Below, piece by piece: positions 20,858 to 30,354 of a DNA stretch of 64,000 nt. The notes beneath the pieces are model-generated. The model ran no database searches. It had not been told where the DNA came from and saw only the letters and a list, made by a program, of their open reading frames with translations. The position numbers and the translations under genes were made by a program. The stretch is from Sinorhizobium sp. (GTDB taxonomy: Bacteria > Pseudomonadota > Alphaproteobacteria > Rhizobiales > Rhizobiaceae): positions 7,830 through 71,829 of the forward strand of contig JAPSJG010000001.1 in NCBI GenBank assembly GCA_031178305.1. The letters run 5' to 3'. Every line of letters starts with the position of its first letter. The stretch's first letter is position 1.

Positions 20858-22015
20858 ATGAAAATCAGCAATGTTAGGATCTATCGTGTTGAGGGCGGCG
20901 GCCTGCGCCCCGTGATAATCGAGATCGAGACGGACGAGGGCATTTCGGGGTTCGGCGAGGCCGGCGTTGCCTATGGCTACGGCGCCCCCGCCGTTGCCGG
21001 CATGCTCGAAGACATGGCGTTGCGGCTGTCCGGCAGAAACCCCCTGGAGATCCGCCGGATCTGGCAGGATCTCTACGACCATTCCTTCTGGGCGAAGGGG
21101 GGAGGGGCGATATCCTTTGCGGCAATCAGCGCCATTGAGCTGGCGCTCTGGGACATCAAGGGCAAGGCGGCCGGGCTGCCGGTCCACGACCTCCTGGGCG
21201 GCGCCATGCGCGGCGATGTCAAGCTTTACGCCAACGGCTGGAACCACGAGCACGACGACGTCGTCAACTGGGCGATGGCCGCCGCCCGGCCGCTCGCGGA
21301 CGGCTACCGCGCCCTCAAGGCCTATCCCTTCGCCTATGAACTTCCTGATGGCACGTTCCGCCACGTCTCGGCGCGCATGCTGGACGATGGCCGCTTCCGC
21401 CAGGCGATCGAAAGAGTCAAAGCCCTGCGCGCCGAGGTCGGCCCGGACATCGAGCTGATGCTCGACCTGTCAGGGGGCCTCTGCGACGACCAGTTGCTGC
21501 GCTTTCTCGATGTCTGCCGCGATCTCGACATAACCTGGATTGAGGAGCCCGTCGATCCCTTCAACCTCACTGGCCTGTCGCGGGTTGCGGCCCGCAGCGG
21601 AATTCCGATCGCGCTCGGCGAACGGGTCTATGGCCGCGGTGGTTTCCGCAACGTGCTCGATACCGGCGCCGTCTCGATCGTCATGCCCGACATCGCCAAT
21701 TGCGGCGGCATGCTGGAGGCGGTGCAGATCGCCGGCATGGCGGAAACCTACAACGTCCGCGTTTCGCCGCACAATTGCGCCAGCTCGCTGTGCACCGCCG
21801 CCTCGCTGTCGCTCTGCGCAGCGATTCCGAATGCGATGAACCTCGAGGTCTATCCTTATTTCAGTGACTCGAACACCTACGTCCAAGTGCTTGAAAACCC
21901 GCCTGAGCAGGCTGTCGGGCGCGATGGCAAGTTGCAAGCCAATTCAACGCCCGGGCTCGGAATCATCGTTGACAGGAGACGCATCGAAGCTTTTATGAGC
22001 TTCGCTCTTGTCTGA
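20858..22015 (+). CDS. Mandelate racemase/muconate lactonizing enzyme family (acid-sugar dehydratase-like)
   Basis: AISAIELALWDIKGK, LLGG, YANGW, MLD/WIEEP/GER metal ligands, SPHN. Confidence 0.85.
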   Translation: MKISNVRIYRVEGGGLRPVIIEIETDEGISGFGEAGVAYGYGAPAVAGMLEDMALRLSGRNPLEIRRIWQDLYDHSFWAKGGGAISFAAISAIELALWDIKGKAAGLPVHDLLGGAMRGDVKLYANGWNHEHDDVVNWAMAAARPLADGYRALKAYPFAYELPDGTFRHVSARMLDDGRFRQAIERVKALRAEVGPDIELMLDLSGGLCDDQLLRFLDVCRDLDITWIEEPVDPFNLTGLSRVAARSGIPIALGERVYGRGGFRNVLDTGAVSIVMPDIANCGGMLEAVQIAGMAETYNVRVSPHNCASSLCTAASLSLCAAIPNAMNLEVYPYFSDSNTYVQVLENPPEQAVGRDGKLQANSTPGLGIIVDRRRIEAFMSFALV

Positions 22016-22408
22016 CTTCACTTGCTTCAGTTTTTTCTAATCGAACAGTGTCCGACACCCTCAGAGGTTCGTTCGCCGTCCAGCTGACCTAGAGGTGTGA
22101 GTTGCCTGTAGTCAATCGATGGGAATTTGAATCTCGTTCCCGCTTCTTCCACGAGCAGGCTATGAAGGCGTTGCCCCCATCGCAAAGCCGCCGCCAAAGA
22201 CAAGGGAACAGTTGGCGACAGGGCTTCCACAACGATACATAAGATCGAACAAGCTATGCGTTTACTGACATGCGGCTACTCGAAGCGGAGAATCATCCGG
22301 TATTCATCACTGTGGAGCACCGGACTTCACGAGAGTTGGGGGCAAGGCTCGCGATGTCTCCCGATCTAACGCCAACGAATTGATCTCCGCTCGTAAGGCC
22401 AATAGCCT

Positions 22409-23503
22409 TTAGTCTCGAATTCTCTCGCCGTTGCGATCAAAGACGAACACACGCTCTGGATCGATCTTGATAGTGACTGGAGTTTGTTCAGCACGCCGGC
22501 CGCCGTGGGTAAGCACGCTCAGTTTTGTTGCGTTCGGCAACGCGCCGTGTAGACACGTGCTATCCCCAAGCTCTTCGATGAAGCTGATTGTCAAGGGTAG
22601 CGCTTTCGCGTCCGAGGCTTCGCAAAGCTTCACATGGTCGGGGCGGATACCCAGCCAGACTTCCGCTTCCGCGCCATACGTAATATTCTTTAGAGGTAAT
22701 TGTAGTCGCCCTCCGCTATGATCTGAAAGATATTCCACGGTGATGCCGCCAATGCCGGTTTCCAACACGCGCGCCTTGATGAAATTCATCCGCGGTGTAC
22801 CCACAAATCCGGCGACGAACATGTTATCAGGGTTGTCGTAGAGTTCCAGAGGATGGCCGACCTGCTGGACCTTGCCGCCGTTCAGAACGACCATTTTGTC
22901 GGCAAGAGTCATGGCCTCCACTTGATCGTGCGTGACATAAATCATCGTGTTGCCGAGACGTCTGTGCAGTTGCGCCAGTTCCGCCCGCATCTGAACGCGC
23001 AATTCCGCATCGAGGTTGGAAAGCGGTTCGTCGAACAGAAACACCTTCGGCTCACGCACAATTGCCCGCCCTATAGCCACACGCTGTTTCTGTCCTCCGG
23101 AGAGCTGCGCGGGTTTTCTCTCCAGCAGCTTCTCCAGTTGTAGGATGTGTGCCGCCGTTCGCACCCGTTCCTCGGTTTCCTTTTTTGGGGCTTTGGCAAG
23201 TCTCATGCTGAAGCCCATATTCTGCGCGACGGTCATGTGCGGATAGAGCGCATAGGATTGAAACACCATTGCAACGCCGCGCTTTGCGGCATCGACATCG
23301 TTGATGCGTTTGCCGCCGAGACGAATCTCGCCCGCCGTGATGTCCTCAAGACCGGCAATCGTTCGCAGCAATGTCGACTTCCCGCATCCAGACGGCCCGA
23401 CAAAAACGACAAACTCACCGGATTGGACATCAAGGTTGATGTCTTTCAGAACCTCAACGGTTCCGTAACTCTTGCAGGCATTCAGGATCTGTAACGACGA
23501 CAT
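22409..23503 (-). CDS. Sugar ABC transporter ATPase (MalK/UgpC-like)
   Basis: GPSGCGKST, FQSYALYPHM, LSGGQKQR, DEPLSNLD, GIRPDH. Confidence 0.92.
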   Translation of the reverse strand: MSSLQILNACKSYGTVEVLKDINLDVQSGEFVVFVGPSGCGKSTLLRTIAGLEDITAGEIRLGGKRINDVDAAKRGVAMVFQSYALYPHMTVAQNMGFSMRLAKAPKKETEERVRTAAHILQLEKLLERKPAQLSGGQKQRVAIGRAIVREPKVFLFDEPLSNLDAELRVQMRAELAQLHRRLGNTMIYVTHDQVEAMTLADKMVVLNGGKVQQVGHPLELYDNPDNMFVAGFVGTPRMNFIKARVLETGIGGITVEYLSDHSGGRLQLPLKNITYGAEAEVWLGIRPDHVKLCEASDAKALPLTISFIEELGDSTCLHGALPNATKLSVLTHGGRRAEQTPVTIKIDPERVFVFDRNGERIRD

Positions 23504-23543
23504 GGCGATATTTCCATTTGAGAGACGGCGGGAGGGGCGTAAA

Positions 23544-24398
23544 TCAGCCCTTGGTTCCCGATGATGCGATGCCTTCAACAATCTGACGCTGGAAAATCAG
23601 AAAGAAAACGAGCGGCGGGATGGCGGCGAGCAGATTCGCGGTCATGACCACATCGACCGTCGTGTGGGACAGGGGCGCATTGAACAGGCTCACCACCTGG
23701 CTGACCGTGAATAGTTCCGGCTTCTGGCTGATGACAAGCGGCCAGATGAAATTGCCCCATGTTTTCATGAAGGTAAGGATCGCTAGTGTCACCAGGGCGG
23801 TTTTGGACAATGGCAAGGCGATGAACCAGTAGAGCTGGAAATGCGTCGCGCCATCCAGACGGGCTGCCTCCAGCATTTCCTGCGGTATGCTCTTCATGAA
23901 TTGGGTGAGCATGAACAGACCGAAGGCGGAGGCCAGGCCCGGCACGACCAGGCCCTGCATAGTGTTCAACCAGCCGAGCTTGGCCACGACCAAATAGGTC
24001 GGGATCAGCGTAGCCGCCGTCGGCACCATCAGGGACAGCATTACCAGAGCAAAAAGGATGCGTGCGCCCGGAAACCGAAACAGGGCGAACTCGAAGGCGG
24101 CCATGGAGCCGATCAGCAGAACGCCGGCGATCGTCAGAACTGTATAGGCCACGGAAATGTAATAGGCGCGCAGAAAGCCCGTTTCGCTCAAAACCTGTTT
24201 TATGTTCTCGATGCCCGCACTTAATGATGTCGGATAAAGGCGCGGATTGAGGGACGCGGGCACTCCCGGATCGGCGAAGACCACATTGAACATCCACCAG
24301 ATAGGAAAGACCATGACAAAGGCAATACATAGGGCCGCGGCCCATTTGGCGACGGACCAAGGGGTGATCCGGGAGAAGTTTCGCTTCAGTCCGGTCAT
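23544..24398 (-). CDS. Carbohydrate ABC permease (MalG-like)
   Basis: EMLEAARLDGA, WGNFIWPL, FQRQIVEGI. Confidence 0.9.
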   Translation of the reverse strand: MTGLKRNFSRITPWSVAKWAAALCIAFVMVFPIWWMFNVVFADPGVPASLNPRLYPTSLSAGIENIKQVLSETGFLRAYYISVAYTVLTIAGVLLIGSMAAFEFALFRFPGARILFALVMLSLMVPTAATLIPTYLVVAKLGWLNTMQGLVVPGLASAFGLFMLTQFMKSIPQEMLEAARLDGATHFQLYWFIALPLSKTALVTLAILTFMKTWGNFIWPLVISQKPELFTVSQVVSLFNAPLSHTTVDVVMTANLLAAIPPLVFFLIFQRQIVEGIASSGTKG

Positions 24399-25339
24399 GT
24401 CCGGGCATCCCTTTTCTGGAGGACGAAGATGGCGGCCGTGAGAAGGACGATAACGAAGGTCAGCACGAAGCCATAAGCGGATGCGAGGCCAAAGCTCAAG
24501 CTTCCGAATCCACGCCCCATCATATCCATTACCGGGAACAGAAGTGCTTTCTGACGTCCGCCGTAATCAAGGAAGGATGACCCGGTCAAAAGCCAGGGCA
24601 GGTCGAAAACCTGAAGCGCGGAAATAAAGCTGTAACTGATGACGAAAATCATTACTGGCTTGATCATCGGCAGCGTAACGTACACGATCTCCTGCAACTT
24701 CGTCGCGCCATCGAGCCGGGCCGCTTCATAATAGTGTCGGGGAATGTTTTTGAGGCCCGCGAGGAGAATGACCATGTTGAACCCCGCCGACACCCATACG
24801 TCCACCGCGACCATCGAATAGAGCATCACGTCGGGATCGTTAAGAAAACGGATATTCCCCGCACCCAGCCAGCCCGCGAGGAGGTTAAACATCCCAAAAT
24901 TGGGCGCGTAAAGCCAGCGCCAGATCGTTGCCGCCAGGAAAAGCGGCATCACGACAGGAACGAAGTAGACGCTGCGGAAGAAGCGGCCCCAGAATCCCGC
25001 GAAATGATCGACAAGCAGGGCAAGGCCGAAGGCCACGCTAACGCCAAGCGGCACCGTGATAGCCACATAGGCGGCCAGGTTTCCGGCTGCAATTCTGGAG
25101 TTACGCGACCCCAATACGGTTTCGTAGTTCTTCAGCCCGACAAAGACCGGTTCGCGCACAGTGTCCCAATCGTAGAAACTGTACCTGAAACCGCTCAGGA
25201 TCGGATAGAGAAAGAAGGCGCCAAAAAGGATCATGAACGGCGCCAGCATCAGATAATTCCAGAAGGTTTTCTGCATCTCGTCAACCCGGCTCGAAGTGGG
25301 CCAGCCCTCCCGGGGACCGGGTCGGACTGGCCTTTTCAT
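24395..25339 (-). CDS. Carbohydrate ABC permease (MalF-like); start may be 25276
   Basis: FVGLKNY, YYEAARLDGA, transmembrane segments. Confidence 0.88.
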   Translation of the reverse strand: MKRPVRPGPREGWPTSSRVDEMQKTFWNYLMLAPFMILFGAFFLYPILSGFRYSFYDWDTVREPVFVGLKNYETVLGSRNSRIAAGNLAAYVAITVPLGVSVAFGLALLVDHFAGFWGRFFRSVYFVPVVMPLFLAATIWRWLYAPNFGMFNLLAGWLGAGNIRFLNDPDVMLYSMVAVDVWVSAGFNMVILLAGLKNIPRHYYEAARLDGATKLQEIVYVTLPMIKPVMIFVISYSFISALQVFDLPWLLTGSSFLDYGGRQKALLFPVMDMMGRGFGSLSFGLASAYGFVLTFVIVLLTAAIFVLQKRDART

Positions 25340-25345
25340 GGTCTG

Positions 25346-26608
25346 CTATTCGTCCGCGACTAGTTCGTTGAGTTCATCAACAATCCGCTTCGCGCCGTCT
25401 TGCGGGGTTTCGTCCCCTTCCACGATGTCGGCAACACCGTCCAGAAGGACGGACCAGTAGTCGGAAGGGTAAGGCTTCACGAAGAAAGGCGGGCGATTGA
25501 AGATCGCATGCTTCGAGGCTTCGTTGGTGATTGCCAGAAGCGAGTGACTTGAGACCTGCGGGTCCGCCAGGGCCGCATCGTTGCTGTTGAAGCGCCCAAG
25601 AGCGGCGGCCCAGCGCGTCATCTGCTTCTTTTCCGCAACATAAGCCGCGAACTCCCAGGCGATCTTGGCATTGGCCTTCGGGGCTATCGCAATGAATTCG
25701 AAGCCCTTCACACCGCCATACTGGCCTTCCTGAGCGCCCGGCACCAGCACGCGGTCATACTTCAAGCCCCGCTCCTTGGCGGCTTGTTCGAAGATCGGGT
25801 CGACCCAGGGACCGCTGACGAGGAAGGCAAGCTGATTGGTGGTGAAAAGATCTTTTGTTACCTGGTCGTCCTCGGACGTTCCGGACGTATAAGGCTTGAT
25901 GTCGAGAAGCATCTGAGTGGCTTCCGCCAGCTTTTCCGGCGCAATCCGCGTTTTCTGGTTATCGAAATCGATGCCCCATTCGTCAGGGGCGGCAACCCCG
26001 GAATAAATGTTGGCGAGTGACAACCAGGACTGCGACATATCTGGAACGGCTTTTTTCCCGGCAGCTTGGATTTTCCGCATCTGGGCCTTCCAGTCGCTCC
26101 AGTCCGTGATCGGCCGCTTGGGATCAATGCCCGCCTCCTCGAGAACGGTAAGATTACGATACATGAAGGAACCGTAACCAGTATACGGAAGGCAATACAT
26201 CACACTTGGCTGTGGCGTGCACATTTTGATGAGATCCGGATTAAACTGAGCCCTGAAGTCCTCGGGCATGGCCATCCAATCCTCATAGATATTCTTCAAA
26301 GCGCCCGCTTGCGCGAGAATCGCACCCAAAGACGTGGAATTCATGAACACGTCCGGCCCGGTGCCGCTCGAGGCGCCCGCGATCTGACCGGTCAACAGAT
26401 CATCGTCACCGCGACCGGAAATGGTGATTTCAAGGCCCGGATGCTTGGCCGTGAACTCCTCGATGAAAGTCTGCTGAAGCTTTAACGCCTCACCTTGAGC
26501 GAAGTCGGAATACACCCAGTAATCCAGTTCCTGCGCATGCGTCACGCCCGATGCGAGAGCGCCCGTCAGCGCCAACACCGTGACCGATCCAAAACGAATC
26601 CAACCCAT
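25346..26608 (-). CDS. Sugar ABC substrate-binding protein
   Basis: Signal peptide, GPDVF, YCLPY, GPW motifs; AGGAGG RBS. Confidence 0.88.
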   Translation of the reverse strand: MGWIRFGSVTVLALTGALASGVTHAQELDYWVYSDFAQGEALKLQQTFIEEFTAKHPGLEITISGRGDDDLLTGQIAGASSGTGPDVFMNSTSLGAILAQAGALKNIYEDWMAMPEDFRAQFNPDLIKMCTPQPSVMYCLPYTGYGSFMYRNLTVLEEAGIDPKRPITDWSDWKAQMRKIQAAGKKAVPDMSQSWLSLANIYSGVAAPDEWGIDFDNQKTRIAPEKLAEATQMLLDIKPYTSGTSEDDQVTKDLFTTNQLAFLVSGPWVDPIFEQAAKERGLKYDRVLVPGAQEGQYGGVKGFEFIAIAPKANAKIAWEFAAYVAEKKQMTRWAAALGRFNSNDAALADPQVSSHSLLAITNEASKHAIFNRPPFFVKPYPSDYWSVLLDGVADIVEGDETPQDGAKRIVDELNELVADE

Positions 26609-26670
26609 TTGTTCCTCCTATTTGGACAGCTTCCCCAAGCTTACCCCATTTGCAGCGCGAGCCGCTCCTC

Positions 26671-26695
26671 AGTTAGTTAGGCACGTTAACAAACT
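26671..26695. promoter_or_regulatory. ROK/XylR-type operator candidate 1
   Basis: AGTTAGTTA-N7-TAACAAACT (9-7-9, one mismatch). Confidence 0.6.
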
Positions 26696-26758
26696 CACGG
26701 TCAGTTCTCAATGACTTTTTCACTTGCTCGATTAAAGCACTTGATTTGCGCGCCGAAA

Positions 26759-26783
26759 AGTTTGTAAGGCAGATTAACTAAGC
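26759..26783. promoter_or_regulatory. ROK/XylR-type operator candidate 2
   Basis: AGTTTGTAA-N7-TAACTAAGC, same motif, upstream of the kinase. Confidence 0.55.
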
Positions 26784-26799
26784 AAGAATGAGATATTTC

Positions 26800-27729
26800 A
26801 TGAACACGATAGCAGTGGGCATAGACATTGGTGGCACCAAGACGCATCTGCGTTCGCTGGCCGATGGGCGCGTGGTGGGCGACAGGGTCGTGCCCACTGC
26901 GTCATGGCGCACGCACGACTGGACGGGCGACGCAAGGGCATTGGTTACAATGATCAATTCGTTGGTGTCCGGCGGTACCATTGCTGCGCTGGCTGTGGGT
27001 GCGCATGGCTGTGACGCCCAGCACGAATGCGATGCTTTTCAAGCGGCATTCGAAGACCATGCAGGCTTTCCGGTGCGTGTCGTCAATGATGCCGAGCTTA
27101 TTCCGCCGGCCATGGGGGTTTTTGACGGCATAGGGATTGTTTCCGGCACCGGCTCCATTGCCGTTACGCGCAATCCCGACGGCACCATGCTTGTCGCCGG
27201 AGGTTGGGGATGGGTTATAGGGGATGAAGGTAGCGCAAGCGGGCTTGTGCGGGAAGCCGGGAGGCTTGCCAGTCTGTATCTCGATGGTGGCGGAGCAGCC
27301 GACGAACCTCTCGTTCAGCTGCTTTGCCAAAGTTTCGCGATCGCATCGCCGGTGCGGATTGGAAGCTGTATCTCATCGAGCGGCAGCGGTGCGCGTCTCG
27401 GACGTCATGCGCCGGCCGTCTTCGAGGCGGCCAGCCTGGGATCGAAACTGGCGCAACGCACTCTGGACGAAGGTGCCGCAGCACTGGCCACTCTGGTGGA
27501 ACGTTTGCTCAACCGGGGAGCGCAGGCGCGCAATCTGGTTGCTGGCGGTGGTGTCGTCATGGCGCAGCCAGGCTTCGCAAGGTTGCTTCTCCATCACATA
27601 AACGCGCGTTCCGAGGGACGTGTTCAGGCACAAATATTGGACAAGCCACCTGTCGCGGGCGCGTGCGCGCTTGCGCTTCGGATGATCCAGACAACACCAC
27701 AAGTTTACCAACCGAGGAGTACAAAATGA
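26800..27729 (+). CDS. BadF/BadG/BcrA/BcrD-type (N-acetylglucosamine kinase-like) sugar kinase
   Basis: GIDIGGTKT, VVNDA, SGTGSI, GGWGWVIGDEGS, GGGV; alternative start 26788. Confidence 0.85.
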   Translation: MNTIAVGIDIGGTKTHLRSLADGRVVGDRVVPTASWRTHDWTGDARALVTMINSLVSGGTIAALAVGAHGCDAQHECDAFQAAFEDHAGFPVRVVNDAELIPPAMGVFDGIGIVSGTGSIAVTRNPDGTMLVAGGWGWVIGDEGSASGLVREAGRLASLYLDGGGAADEPLVQLLCQSFAIASPVRIGSCISSSGSGARLGRHAPAVFEAASLGSKLAQRTLDEGAAALATLVERLLNRGAQARNLVAGGGVVMAQPGFARLLLHHINARSEGRVQAQILDKPPVAGACALALRMIQTTPQVYQPRSTK

Positions 27730-28718
27730 GCTATCGTTCCACGATCGCACGCCAGCCGCAACAGCTTGCGAGCAGCCTGGCCGCTATTGAAGCCGAGCTT
27801 GAGAAGCTTGATCTCGCACCCCTGCGCGAGGGTGTGCTGGGGATAACGGGTATCGGCGCAAGCTATGAGGCCGCCGTCGTGACGGCCGGCGAACTGCAAC
27901 GACGTGGCCGGCGCGCCACAGCGTGGCATGCCGTTGACCTCATGGAACCCGGCAATCCCGTGGACGCGATCGTCGCGCTTTCGTCCGGTGGACGAAGTGT
28001 TGAACCGGTCACAGCTTTACGCAAACACGCGGGTGTCTTTTCTATCGCTGTCACGAGCGAAGGCGACAATCCGCTTGCCGAAGCCGCACGCAGCTCGATT
28101 TGCTTTCAGTCTGGCGCGGACGCCACGCCTTCAAGCACTGGCTACACCGGGACGCTGCTCGCAACCGGCATGCTGAGCGATGCCCTGTGCGGCAAGAGCA
28201 CGGATTGGATGCAGCTAACCAAACTGGCTGGGCAGGTGCTGGCCGAAAGCGCGGCAAAAATGGAACGCGCTGGTGCGATTTTCAGGCAAAGGCGTGCGAT
28301 CGATTGTGTGGGCGCGGTCTCCGCATTGGGAACGGCCGGCGAGGCTGGCCTGTTGATCCGCGAAGCCGCCCGGATTCCCGCCGGGGCGACGGACACGTTG
28401 CATTATCTTCACGGTCCGATGGAGCCGATGGACGCTACCACTGGCGTGCTGATTTTTGGCGACGGACGCGAACTGAAGCTGGCGCAGGACATGGCCGAGA
28501 TAGGGTGTGCCGTGCTGCTTGTGACCACAAACACTGAAATTGCCGATAAGGACAACCTCACCGTCGTTCGCGTACCAGCCTTTGAAAACCGCATCGCGCG
28601 TGCACTTCTGGATATCTTACCTGCGCAACTGCTTGCGGCAGAACTGTCGGATGCAGCCGGCCTGACTGATACGAAATTCCGGTATCGTCAGACCGACACA
28701 AAAATAAACAAGGCGTGA
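27726..28718 (+). CDS. Double-SIS-domain protein (amino-sugar-6-phosphate deaminase/deglycase-like)
   Basis: TGIGAS, LSSGGRSVE, LLIRE, YLHGPME; ATGA overlap with kinase. Confidence 0.82.
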   Translation: MSYRSTIARQPQQLASSLAAIEAELEKLDLAPLREGVLGITGIGASYEAAVVTAGELQRRGRRATAWHAVDLMEPGNPVDAIVALSSGGRSVEPVTALRKHAGVFSIAVTSEGDNPLAEAARSSICFQSGADATPSSTGYTGTLLATGMLSDALCGKSTDWMQLTKLAGQVLAESAAKMERAGAIFRQRRAIDCVGAVSALGTAGEAGLLIREAARIPAGATDTLHYLHGPMEPMDATTGVLIFGDGRELKLAQDMAEIGCAVLLVTTNTEIADKDNLTVVRVPAFENRIARALLDILPAQLLAAELSDAAGLTDTKFRYRQTDTKINKA

Positions 28719-28757
28719 GGTTGACACGCTTTAACGGGGTGGGCGCAGGATAAGAAT

Positions 28758-29963
28758 TTATTCTGCGCCGTCTCCGATCACAAGTGCTTCCGCATTGTGC
28801 TGTGTAAGGCGCTGTATTCCCTTTAGCGTGGCCTCGGTCCCCAGACTCGTCACCTCGATCTTGGTCGGCCCCGTCAATCCATTGACGACATCTCGGACCT
28901 TCGGCAGAATCATCGCGTTCTGCCCGATACCGCCGCCGAGCACCACCAGTCCCGGATCGAGCACCGAAACACAGGCCGCAACCAGCCTTCCAACATTTTC
29001 GGCGTGTCGATCGACATGGTCGCGTGCAACGGCATGTCCTTCCCGCGCCAATGAAAACAGGGAAAAAGCATCTTTCGGAGATGCTTCTCCTTCCGGCCAC
29101 TCGAGCGAAACGCGCTGCATCAGGCTCTCCGATCCCAAATAGTCTTCCAGCGCCTCTCTACACGGCTGAATATCTGGTGCCCAAGGGAACGGAAGCGAAC
29201 TGATTTCTCCCGCACCCCCATTCCGTCCGCGAACCAATTCGCCGCGCAACACGATCCCCATACCCACTTTGACGCCGACCTGTATATAAACGAAATCGGC
29301 TGCATTCGCCGCGATCCCAAATGCACTTTCCGCTATCGCGGCGCAGTTCACGTTGTTTTCTAGGATGATAGGGATATCCAAGCTTGCGATCGATTGCGAT
29401 ATATGGGGATAGAGCGCGGCTATCTCTTCGGACGAGGAGATTTGCTTTTCCACCTTTGTCGGAAGAGCTATGCCAATTGCTCGCAAAGGCCCCCAATTAT
29501 CCTGCGTGGCCAGGCGGACGTCGTTCAGCGCTTGGGCGACTGCCCGCTCCAGTTCGGGCGTGAACCGGCGTTGATCAGAGCTTAAATGATAGCCACCACT
29601 ATAGAGAATACGATTGTCGAGCGTCGATACTTTCAGGCGCACATTGGTTGAACCGGCATCAATGGCGATAGCGTGACCAACCCCGGCGCCTAACCTATAC
29701 ATAACGGCTTTTCGGCCTGTGCCGCGCTGCCGCAAACCGACCATCTCAACATAGCCCAGACGGTCCAAATCTTCCATTGCGATGGACATGGTGGGGCGAG
29801 ACAACCCAAGCCGTTCAGCCAGTTCTGGGCGCGTAGCCGAACCGCCCCGGGCCAACATGCGAAAAACAGCGCGAGCGCTTGCTGTCAGCTTTGGAGTGTC
29901 GGTTGGCGTATCTAAAAGTGACGTCAAAGAAAACCCAATTTGATAAGCGGAATGCGAGCCCAA
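28758..29963 (-). CDS. ROK-family transcriptional repressor (start uncertain)
   Basis: TRPELAERLGLSRPTM HTH, GRK, LENNVNCAAIAE, GRNGGAGEI, VLGGGIG. Confidence 0.88.
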   Translation of the reverse strand: MGSHSAYQIGFSLTSLLDTPTDTPKLTASARAVFRMLARGGSATRPELAERLGLSRPTMSIAMEDLDRLGYVEMVGLRQRGTGRKAVMYRLGAGVGHAIAIDAGSTNVRLKVSTLDNRILYSGGYHLSSDQRRFTPELERAVAQALNDVRLATQDNWGPLRAIGIALPTKVEKQISSSEEIAALYPHISQSIASLDIPIILENNVNCAAIAESAFGIAANAADFVYIQVGVKVGMGIVLRGELVRGRNGGAGEISSLPFPWAPDIQPCREALEDYLGSESLMQRVSLEWPEGEASPKDAFSLFSLAREGHAVARDHVDRHAENVGRLVAACVSVLDPGLVVLGGGIGQNAMILPKVRDVVNGLTGPTKIEVTSLGTEATLKGIQRLTQHNAEALVIGDGAE

Positions 29964-30354
29964 CGTCGCAGCTGAGAGCAGCCGACATTATTCCGACCCA
30001 CCACTTTCATCAACGCGATCCAGGAAAATGTCAAATAGTGCTCGCTCTTCTCTAAGGGTCATGCGAAGTGGGGCAGGTCACTGGGCAAGATCGACACCAT
30101 CGACTTGTTCGTCCTTGAGGGCGGCAACCGACGCTTTCGCGTTGAAGGCGGGGCTGTAGTTGCGGCACGTCGACTCGTCACCATGCTGTCTGTTCCCGGC
30201 ACGCGGCCGTGTTCATGAGCCGAGAGCCAAATATCTCCACCCTTCAATTCCCGAGCCCCCTCTCTCCCAGTAGGCACCCTTCCATATGGCGCCGCGCGAC
30301 TCTTCGAGCGTGCTCTAGGTTCGCTCTTGTCTGACGTCACTTGCTTTACTTCTT

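Noticed and set aside
22016-22408. About 390-bp gap with a 67-aa ORF; considered as IS remnant or sRNA
   Set aside because: No terminal repeats, transposase motif or convincing structure seen
27324-27725. N-terminal extension making the SIS protein look like a 464-aa fusion
   Set aside because: Overlaps the kinase in another frame; the real start is ATG 27726 with GAGGAG RBS
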